This document shows positions 35,798-43,502 of a stretch of DNA of 64,000 nucleotides, piece by piece. Each line of letters begins with the position of its first letter. Position 1 is the stretch's first letter. The stretch lies in IMG/VR virus record IMGVR_UViG_3300045988_167643; one strand, written 5' to 3'. The notes beneath the pieces were generated by a model. It worked only from the letters and a program-made list of their open reading frames with translations. It was not told the DNA's origin and searched no databases. Position numbers and translations under genes: made by a program. Source of the DNA: a virus.

Positions 35798-36364
35798 ATG
35801 AGAGATCCAAAGAGAATTGATAAATTTTGTGATGAATTTAAAAGCATATGGAAAGGAAATGTTCCTGATTGGAGATTTGGACAGCTGATAGGTAATTTTG
35901 AATACTGGCTCAAAGGCAAAGGAATTGATATGTTCTTTCCGGAAGAAAAAGAAATGCTTAGATTATTTAAAGAATTTCTTGGCGTAAATGATACAGGAAA
36001 TGAAAAAAAGATATGGGACGAAATGATGTTTTGTTCGCCACTTGATTTCAAAGATCTTGATGGAAATAAATATGACCAATGGCCAGAGGGTGTCATTTAT
36101 ACTCCTGGAATAAAATTAACTGGAATATTAAAAAAGAAAGCGAGAACAGGTTATTGTGGAGTGACTACAAAAGATGCAAAAAAGATAATTGACAATATAT
36201 CTGATAAGCGAAAACAAAATGTAAAAGTTGTTATTGGAAATAGAGCAGAAGTCTGTGATGCAATTTTATATATTATCAAATCTAATTACGGATTAATTGT
36301 ATCTGTCGATGATGCTGAAGAAATTAAATTCTGTGAAGAACTTTTTGAAAAGGCAACAACTTAA
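35798..36364 (+). CDS. hypothetical protein
   Basis: 188-aa ORF, CGGAGA SD. Confidence 0.6.
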   Translation: MRDPKRIDKFCDEFKSIWKGNVPDWRFGQLIGNFEYWLKGKGIDMFFPEEKEMLRLFKEFLGVNDTGNEKKIWDEMMFCSPLDFKDLDGNKYDQWPEGVIYTPGIKLTGILKKKARTGYCGVTTKDAKKIIDNISDKRKQNVKVVIGNRAEVCDAILYIIKSNYGLIVSVDDAEEIKFCEELFEKATT

Positions 36365-36410
36365 AATTGGAGTTTTATCGGAAAATAATTTTATAAAAGG
36401 AGAATGGTAA

Positions 36411-36575
36411 ATGAGTAATTTAGTTGTTAAAAAATATGATTGCCAAAAATGTGTAAAAGATAATGGTTGTGTATATAAGAAACGTTATGACAAATTCAAA
36501 AGTAATGTAGAAGGGCGTGAATATGGAAAGACGATAATATTGAAAATAAGTTGTCCATTTTATAAAGAAGTATAA
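36411..36575 (+). CDS. small Cys-containing hypothetical protein (54 aa)
   Basis: AAGGAG SD 9 nt upstream. Confidence 0.5.
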   Translation: MSNLVVKKYDCQKCVKDNGCVYKKRYDKFKSNVEGREYGKTIILKISCPFYKEV

Positions 36576-36669
36576 GTTGAATTTCTGGAATAAGTGATAA
36601 TGAAAAATGGAAGTAGTAATTGTGAGGTGATGATAGATATGATTGATCGAGATTTAAATAAAAACGTTG

Positions 36670-36968
36670 TTTATTACAAAATGTAAATTAATAGGTATAC
36701 AAAACCAATTACCAGATTATCATAAATACCTACTGTTTTGTAACCATGTAAATTAAGAGGTATACAAAACCAGATCCCCTTACACGACTGACACGGCGTT
36801 GTTTTGTAGTCATGTAAATTAAGAGGTATACAAAAATATGGATGGACGATCACAAGTCCTACAGAAGTTTTGTAACCATGTAAATTAAGAGGTATACAAA
36901 ACCAAACGAAAAACTCAAAGTTGATACCAAATGTTTTGTAACCATATAAATTAAGAGGCATACAAAAC
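36670..36968 (+). CRISPR. CRISPR array: 5 x 36-nt repeats, 4 spacers of 29-30 nt
   Basis: Repeats at 36670 (degenerate), 36735, 36801, 36867, 36933; consensus GTTTTGTAACCATGTAAATTAAGAGGTATACAAAAC; spacers unique. Strand inferred only from co-orientation with the nuclease gene. Confidence 0.9.
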
Positions 36969-37150
36969 CTCAAAGTATAGTTTTATACCTCTTATTTTAA
37001 GGCACTTCTATGAAATAGACTAAGAGAAATCTACGTTATAAAAAGATAATATGTTATGGTGTCGCTCTAGCTGTAATTATATCGTTTGTACCTAAACATA
37101 CACTGTGCCGAACATGATTGGTGTAAGTGATACAAACATGTAACTTTTTA
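36969..37150 (+). ncRNA. putative tracrRNA / omega-RNA-like scaffold
   Basis: Anti-repeat GTTTTATACCTCTTATTTTA (36980-36999) complementary to the 3' 22 nt of the repeat; downstream stems (GTTTGTA 37084-90 / TACAAAC 37131-37); T5 run at 37145-49. Ends are guesses. Confidence 0.55.
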
Positions 37151-37212
37151 TAACATTGTCGAAGAGCATGACCAATTTTAAATTGAGATTATATTATAAA
37201 GGAAATAAAAAT

Positions 37213-38952
37213 ATGAATTATATGGATTTTGTATTAATTGTGGATAAAAATAGTAAACCATGTATACCAATAAAAAATGGTAAAGCAGGTTATTTATTAA
37301 GAGAACATAAAGCAGAAATTATAAATCACGAGCCATTAGTTATCAAAAGAACTGATGATTATAATTCGGATTTAGAAAATAGAGATATATTTGAATTAAA
37401 AGTAGATAGTGGATATTTAAATATCGGATTTTCTGTAAGCGATAATGAGCATGAATATATTGCAGGTCAAGTTGAAATGCTAAACGGAATGAGTAATAGA
37501 TTGTTAGAAAGAAAATCTATGCGTAGTTTCAGAAGAAATCGTTTACGTTATAGAAAAAATAAGAACATTGATTATAAAACAGTACATAATCCTACTTATA
37601 AAAATGGAAATGAAGATGGATGGTTTGCACCGTCTATTGTACATAAAATGGAAACGCATATCAGAATCATTGAGCAATTAAAACAATGGGTTCCAATCGA
37701 TAAAGTTATTGTAGAGGTGGCAAATTTTGACATTGCTGCAATGGATGCATATTTAAAGGACGGAACTATTTTAAATGGAAAAGATTATCAAAATGGTGAA
37801 ATGAAAGGATATGAGAATGTTGTATCTTATGTAAGAGCCAGAGATAATTATTCTTGTTACTTTTGCAATAAGAAAAAGAAAAAAGATGGTACACTAAAAG
37901 AGAAACCAAAAAGAATAGAAGTGCACCATAAAATACCAAGATCCTGGGGTGGTACTAATAATCCAGGAAATTTGATTTGCGTATGTCAAGGATGTCATCA
38001 GAAAATACATTCGAATAATAATAACAACAAATATTTTAAAGAATTATTAGAACAAGCTTTACAAGAAAATACATTTAAAGATTCTACATATATGAATATT
38101 GTTAGATGGGAATTATTAAACAGACTTACTGAAAAATATCCAGAGCTTGATATTGAAGCTGAATATGGTTATAACACAAAAATTAATAGAAAAGAAGCAG
38201 GTTTGAGAAAATTCCATTATAATGATGCAGTTTGTATAAAAGAATTTAAGAATATAACTTTATCTAAAAAAGTATTTATTGTCGAACAAAAACGTTGTAA
38301 TGATAGAAAAATGGAAAGTTTTGCAGATGCAAAATATATAGATTCAAGAGATGGTAAAAAGAAAAAAGGAAATGATCTAAAAGTAATTAGGCATAGTACT
38401 AAATCAAAACGCTCTACAAATAAAGAACATATTGATAATGAAAGAATCTTTAGAAAAGAGAAAGTATCTAAGGGTAAAATACAATTTGAGTGTCATTCAT
38501 ATTGCGTAAAACCAGGAGATTTAATATACATAAAAGAAGGTAAACATAAAGGGAAAATTGCAGAAGTTTCTACAATACAGATTGTAGGCGAAAAAATTCC
38601 TAATCCGATAATTGATATTAATGAGATAAATAATAAAAAAATTGATTTCAACAGAGAGTTGAAAAAAAGAAAAACAACTTCTAATATGACTGATTATCAA
38701 AAACGTTTTGCAAAATATCAAATTAGATTTACATATAAAGAATCTGATGCAGATGGACCATCTATAACGCTTACGCAAAAAGAATATGAAAAGCTTAAAG
38801 AGAATAAATCAGATAGAGTAAAAATTATTCGTACCAGACGTGGATTAGTTTGGAGAGAGTACGACAGACTTACATATGAAGCCGAAAATATGGATCAGGA
38901 AGAAAAGAAATTAGAAGTAAAAAATAAGAAACAAGAATTAAAAGCTGCATAA
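37213..38952 (+). CDS. iscB: IscB-like RNA-guided nuclease (PLMP-like, RuvC-I, bridge helix, RuvC-II, HNH, RuvC-III, C-terminal domain), CRISPR-associated
   Basis: FVLIVDKNSKPCIPIKNGKAGYLLREHKAEII; ELKVDSGYLNIGFSV; RKSMRSFRRNRLRYRKNK; KVIVEVANFD; CYFC..EVHHKIPRSWGGTNNPGNLICVCQGCHQKIH; KFHYNDAVCI. ATG 37213 follows AAAGGA; the track start TTG 37156 probably lies inside the RNA scaffold. Confidence 0.85.
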   Translation: MNYMDFVLIVDKNSKPCIPIKNGKAGYLLREHKAEIINHEPLVIKRTDDYNSDLENRDIFELKVDSGYLNIGFSVSDNEHEYIAGQVEMLNGMSNRLLERKSMRSFRRNRLRYRKNKNIDYKTVHNPTYKNGNEDGWFAPSIVHKMETHIRIIEQLKQWVPIDKVIVEVANFDIAAMDAYLKDGTILNGKDYQNGEMKGYENVVSYVRARDNYSCYFCNKKKKKDGTLKEKPKRIEVHHKIPRSWGGTNNPGNLICVCQGCHQKIHSNNNNNKYFKELLEQALQENTFKDSTYMNIVRWELLNRLTEKYPELDIEAEYGYNTKINRKEAGLRKFHYNDAVCIKEFKNITLSKKVFIVEQKRCNDRKMESFADAKYIDSRDGKKKKGNDLKVIRHSTKSKRSTNKEHIDNERIFRKEKVSKGKIQFECHSYCVKPGDLIYIKEGKHKGKIAEVSTIQIVGEKIPNPIIDINEINNKKIDFNRELKKRKTTSNMTDYQKRFAKYQIRFTYKESDADGPSITLTQKEYEKLKENKSDRVKIIRTRRGLVWREYDRLTYEAENMDQEEKKLEVKNKKQELKAA

Positions 38953-38961
38953 AAAAAGGAG

Positions 38962-40785
38962 ATGATCATTATAGACTCAGAAGAGAAAAATACTCAACAG
39001 TCCATTCTGCGCAAGCATTTTGAGATGCTATATCCGGATAAACTAAAGGATGATGAATGGATAAGACTGGTACGGATAAATAAAATAAGCAATGAAACTT
39101 TTGTCGATTACATAAAAACTTATGATGAATATTACAATTATATTCAAACTTATAAATGGAATTTTGATTTATATAATCAACTTGCAACAAATATTGGACG
39201 TGATAAAGGAACAGAAAGTCAACAGAGAACAAGAAGAGTTTTGTTCCTGGATTTTGATCAGAAAGATTACGAACGATTATCTGGGGCAAAAGCATTTACA
39301 GGCTTCATAAAAAGTAAAATAAAAAAATTGTTTCTACATGCATGTATAAATTCAGGACATGGGTATCACTATTATATATGTATTGATGAAAAAGCTAATA
39401 ATGCAAAAGAAGTTGTAGAGCTTAATAAAACACTTGCAGATATCTTTAGAGCAGATCTTAAGGCAACATTATCAACGCAAATCGCGCGAATTCCATGCTC
39501 TTTTAATCACAAAACAGAAGATGGAGAATATGACTATCAAGATCCAGGTAAGTGGGAATATGTGAGAGTTGTCAATAATGCATATAAAAATGGACCACAG
39601 TATAGAGCATATCCATTATCTGAAATTAGAAGTTACATATCAGATTATTACAAAAATCTGGATAAAGAGGTAAATATTTTTGCCCTGAAAGAATGGAAAG
39701 AAGCGAAAAGCGGAAAAGAATTTAATTATTTCTGTATTGAGCGTGTTAAACATGAAGGAGCGGTTAAGGGACAGCGTAACTTCTGGCATGGTCGAATTGT
39801 TAAAAGTATGCAGAAACAGGGTTATAGTGAGCAAGAAATTTTTGCGGCATGTAAAGAATATAATGCAGCCTGTATTCCACCAAAATCTGATAGTGTAATT
39901 TTAGATGACACGGCAAGATTTTTGAAAAAGAAATATAACTTAACAGGATGTTATGGCGCTTTTCCAGAAAATGATGAAAGACATTGGTGGGTCGCTATGC
40001 AGTGTGATGAAGCAAAATGTAAGACTTTTAATTGTGGGCTTTGTATAACGGAAATGGATACCGATGAAAAACACAATCCACAAAGGGCTGCTGGAGCAAA
40101 AATAAATAAGAAGATTTTGAAGAATAGTACCATTAGAAAGATGACAGGAAACGATTATTTGGTCATAACTCTTATTGATGTTTATGAAGTATTATACGGA
40201 AGAAAAGGGTTTAGAGTAAGAGATTTAATTGACAAATTAAAATCAAAATATGCTAAGAGAAGATGTATTGGAGATAAAACGTTAAAGCCTCTTTTACTTA
40301 ATTTACAAGAAAAGAAATGGATTCAGATTGTCGAAGATAAAAAGAAACCAGGAGTATTTCTTGATTCCAGACTTGTACTGAACAGAAGATTAAAAGAAAT
40401 CCAGCAAGGCTATATTGAATTTTATTTTAATATAGCGAGAGCATTAATTGATGGTCGAATTGTTGCTAATGAATATTTAGTCTACATTACATTACTAAGA
40501 AATCTTGATAACGGAAGACCTGTTACATATGATGAACTAGCTTACGATTTAGATTTTTCGAGACAAAATGTTGCTAAGTATATTAAAAATTTGGAAGATG
40601 CAGGATGTATTTTTATCAGTAAAGGAACAACCGATAAAGGATTTGAATGTAATAAATATCGTGTAACTAATCCTCAATTATTTGACGAGATTGATAGAAA
40701 GAGAAGAAAAGAATTTGAGAAAGCATCAGTTACTCTTGCAGATGAACAGAGTAATGAGCTTAGTGAAGCAATATTAATAGCGTAG
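38962..40785 (+). CDS. replication initiator: AEP primase-polymerase domain + PriCT-like + C-terminal winged-helix
   Basis: AEP motifs VLFLDFDQ (DxD), NSGHGYHYY (sGxGxH), IARIPCSFNHK; then FWHGRIVKSMQKQGYSEQEIFAACKEYN; C-terminal wHTH YDELAYDLDFSRQNVAKYIKNLEDAGCIF. Start codon uncertain (SD abuts the ATG). Confidence 0.7.
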   Translation: MIIIDSEEKNTQQSILRKHFEMLYPDKLKDDEWIRLVRINKISNETFVDYIKTYDEYYNYIQTYKWNFDLYNQLATNIGRDKGTESQQRTRRVLFLDFDQKDYERLSGAKAFTGFIKSKIKKLFLHACINSGHGYHYYICIDEKANNAKEVVELNKTLADIFRADLKATLSTQIARIPCSFNHKTEDGEYDYQDPGKWEYVRVVNNAYKNGPQYRAYPLSEIRSYISDYYKNLDKEVNIFALKEWKEAKSGKEFNYFCIERVKHEGAVKGQRNFWHGRIVKSMQKQGYSEQEIFAACKEYNAACIPPKSDSVILDDTARFLKKKYNLTGCYGAFPENDERHWWVAMQCDEAKCKTFNCGLCITEMDTDEKHNPQRAAGAKINKKILKNSTIRKMTGNDYLVITLIDVYEVLYGRKGFRVRDLIDKLKSKYAKRRCIGDKTLKPLLLNLQEKKWIQIVEDKKKPGVFLDSRLVLNRRLKEIQQGYIEFYFNIARALIDGRIVANEYLVYITLLRNLDNGRPVTYDELAYDLDFSRQNVAKYIKNLEDAGCIFISKGTTDKGFECNKYRVTNPQLFDEIDRKRRKEFEKASVTLADEQSNELSEAILIA

Positions 40786-41274
40786 TATCTAATCTATATG
40801 ACCTATAGGGAATATATATGGGGATTACCCTATATGCCCTGTAGTCATATATTATACATTCTATACAATGGTACTACTAACGGCAGGTAGAAAAATGAGC
40901 TACGTCTTATTTTCTATAGCATCTAAGCCAGTCGAAGTATGCAGTTTTTTGTACTACTAACGGCATGTACAAAAACGGCTTAAAGCCTTATTTTATAAGG
41001 GATCTAAGGCGATTTTTCGATTTATTTTATGAATGTTGTATAGGATTTGAGGGGTCAAAATTCCCGATGGCGATTTGCGATTAAGTCAATGTTTATAAGG
41101 GTTTAAAGCCATTTTTGACGTGCAGTAGAAAATCCGGTCAACCGATTTTTATCAGTCATAGTGACCAAATCGATTTCATACAAAACGCTTTTTAGCCTTA
41201 TAAAATAAGGGAAAGGTGCTTCGTATGACAGTATGTAGTACGGTACGACATTTGAACGACATACAGGAGTAGTT
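40786..41274. repeat. iteron-rich non-coding region, probable replication origin
   Basis: GTACTACTAACGGCAKGTA twice, 80 bp apart (40870, 40950); CCTTAT-N4-ATAAGG palindromes (40985, 41196); six or more (G/T)CGATTT repeats; nested inverted repeat at 40796-40850. Confidence 0.6.
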
Positions 41275-41622
41275 ATGGCAGATATATTTGATTGTGTAAA
41301 AGTATCGGACAATATACGTCCAAGATATACATCATATGAAATTATTTATATGATAAGAGAAAAACAAAAGCAGAGTGGATTATCACTTGAAGAATTTTGT
41401 GTAAAATACAATTTAACTTTAGAAGGATATGAAAAACTAATATCTTATAAAGGAGTATTTAATTGGAAAATATATTATAAGTGTGCAGAAATTTTAGAAG
41501 TGAATGTTGCTGAGTTATTAGAAGAACTTGCTGATGATATTCCTGCTTCTGACGATAGGACATTTCTTTTAGCAAATAAATTGTTTAATGAAATTATTAT
41601 GCAGGAAAAAATAGCTAAGTAA
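41275..41622 (+). CDS. XRE/Cro-type helix-turn-helix regulator
   Basis: AGGAG SD; QKQSGLSLEEFCVKYNLTLEGYEKLISYK...AEILEVNVAELL is the HTH_XRE pattern. Confidence 0.65.
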   Translation: MADIFDCVKVSDNIRPRYTSYEIIYMIREKQKQSGLSLEEFCVKYNLTLEGYEKLISYKGVFNWKIYYKCAEILEVNVAELLEELADDIPASDDRTFLLANKLFNEIIMQEKIAK

Positions 41623-41732
41623 TTAGCAACGATAAAACAACAGTTTTATGGGGAAATGACCCTCGTGAATCCCTTATTTTTAAAGGGATTGCGAAAATGG
41701 AATTTTGAGAAAATTCATAAAAAGGAGAAAAA

Positions 41733-42233
41733 ATGTTAGTTGCTATTATATTAACAATTATTTTTACAGTATCATTTAGGTTTTGCTTAAATGAAACAGA
41801 AATATCAGATCGAATTGTAATATTTAGCTTTAGCTATTTTGTATTATTTATTATAGGTATTTCTATTTTTATGATTATAGGAAATTCTGTCTTTTCTGGA
41901 ACTGCTAATCAAGAAATGATTACAAAAGAAGAATCTATTGTGTCGTTTATAGACAATAAGGATAACCCAGTTTACGTTAAATATTCATTTAAGTGGAATG
42001 GTGGAAGTACATATAGATATGTAGAACAGAACGGAAAATATCTTGAGTATAAAGAAATCCCAATTAGTGCAGACGTAAATATAGTAGAAGGAAATTATGA
42101 ACCGGTGTTAATTACTCATAGTTATAAAGCAAATAAAAATTGTGATCTATTATTTGGTCAAACTGCAAATAAGTTTACACATGATACTTGGTATGAATTT
42201 TATATACCGGAGGGGACTTTTATTACATATTAA
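41733..42233 (+). CDS. hypothetical membrane protein
   Basis: AAGGAG SD; two N-terminal TM helices. Confidence 0.6.
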   Translation: MLVAIILTIIFTVSFRFCLNETEISDRIVIFSFSYFVLFIIGISIFMIIGNSVFSGTANQEMITKEESIVSFIDNKDNPVYVKYSFKWNGGSTYRYVEQNGKYLEYKEIPISADVNIVEGNYEPVLITHSYKANKNCDLLFGQTANKFTHDTWYEFYIPEGTFITY

Positions 42234-42247
42234 TGGAGGATAAGAAA

Positions 42248-42715
42248 ATGTTATATGGGCTTAAACATCGTGATTATAGAACGATTAATTATACAGAAGA
42301 TTTGGATGAAGCATATAAATTTTGTGCAACGCATCCTGGATATGAGATTATAGCAGCTGAAAAGTTAAAAAAAGACATTGATTATAATGAAACTGAGTTT
42401 ATTTATAGATATATTGTTTCTTTTAATTTATCAATGGATGAAAAGTCTTATGTCATGATAAAACACTTAGAGAATGAACCAGAATTTAATTATTGTAATT
42501 GTTATACTAAAAATTTTGAATTCCATGATTCAGTAGGTGCTTATAGAGAAGGACGGCGTGTCTACTTCAATATTTTTATTGGAGAAAGAAATTATAGCAT
42601 TGCTTGTAAAATTGCTGAAGAGTATTTAAATAAATTAATTAATATGGGCAATGGAAAAGTTACAAAAGAAAACATTGAGTTGATGAATGAAGAATTACGA
42701 ATTGCTAAAAAATAA
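42248..42715 (+). CDS. hypothetical protein (possible -1 frame C-terminal extension to 42840)
   Basis: ATG 7 nt after GGAGGA; stop follows an A6 run; the -1 frame stays open for 44 more codons. Confidence 0.6.
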   Translation: MLYGLKHRDYRTINYTEDLDEAYKFCATHPGYEIIAAEKLKKDIDYNETEFIYRYIVSFNLSMDEKSYVMIKHLENEPEFNYCNCYTKNFEFHDSVGAYREGRRVYFNIFIGERNYSIACKIAEEYLNKLINMGNGKVTKENIELMNEELRIAKK

Positions 42716-42894
42716 AGTATTTATATAAGGTTAGATATTTTGAAGATGCAATTCGCAAATCGAAAGTTTATATAAAAAATAAAGAAAACGATTTACAGAA
42801 ATTAAAAGAAGAATATGAAAAAGAAATTGGAAGTAAATAATAGCTGAAAAGCATTATAAAAAATATATAAATAAAAAAAGGAGAAAAGATAATT

Positions 42895-43500
42895 ATGATG
42901 AACAATTTTTTAAACGGTATGTTTGGTAAAGTAGGTAACGGAATGTGCAGACTTTCTATGAGTGGCGGTATTGCAGTAAAAACATCTAATGGTTATAAAA
43001 GTTATAATGTGAAGACTGGTAGACTTACAAATTGTGACAATTTTGCATTTGATATTGGACAGGATTTCTTCTTTATTATTCCAACAAACAAAGTTAGTGC
43101 AGGTGATATTATATTTGCAAATGGAAAGCCTAAATGTGTTATTAAAGTAGAGAAGAATATGATTACTGCAATCAATTATGAAGATTCTACTGTAGAGAAT
43201 ATTATTCCAGAGCGACACGTATTCATGGGAAATACATATTTTTATGGAAAGATTGTTTCTTTACTTGGAAGTAATATTACTAAGGGAAAAAACGGAATGA
43301 ACAATATTTTCAAATATATGATGCTATCTCAGATGATGAATGGAAATGGTTCTACCGGAACAGCGAACAATATAAACTCAATGCTTCCGTTTATGATGAT
43401 GGGCGGTAATATGGGTGATATGTTTGATGGTATGTTTGATTTTGATGAAGTAGACGATACTAATGAATTTAATGAAGTAGATACAGAGGAGGAAGAATAA
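42895..43500 (+). CDS. hypothetical protein with Met/Gly/Asn-rich and acidic C-terminus
   Basis: 201-aa ORF, AAGGAG SD. Confidence 0.6.
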   Translation: MMNNFLNGMFGKVGNGMCRLSMSGGIAVKTSNGYKSYNVKTGRLTNCDNFAFDIGQDFFFIIPTNKVSAGDIIFANGKPKCVIKVEKNMITAINYEDSTVENIIPERHVFMGNTYFYGKIVSLLGSNITKGKNGMNNIFKYMMLSQMMNGNGSTGTANNINSMLPFMMMGGNMGDMFDGMFDFDEVDDTNEFNEVDTEEEE

Positions 43501-43502
43501 TT

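Noticed and set aside
36577-36605. TTGAAT ... GATAAT as a possible leader promoter for the CRISPR array
   Set aside because: The spacer between the hexamers is only ~13 nt. No convincing promoter could be defined by eye, so the array promoter remains unknown.
36674-36973. 99-aa minus-strand ORF with the repeated peptide FCIPLNLHGYKT
   Set aside because: It is a translation of the CRISPR repeats. The periodic peptide simply mirrors the 36-nt repeat, and there is no SD.
41103-41312. 69-aa minus-strand ORF in the origin region, divergent-looking from the XRE gene
   Set aside because: It has no SD, its start lies inside the XRE coding sequence, and its sequence is dominated by the origin repeats.
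43498-43500. The 42895 ORF and the vWA ORF are in the same frame, separated by a single TAA (stop read-through or recoded stop?)
   Set aside because: TAA is the commonest genuine stop in this window, and a strong SD plus ATG at 43503 explains the open stretch better (frameshift in the G5 run). There is no other sign of stop-codon reassignment: ORFs tile densely under the standard code.
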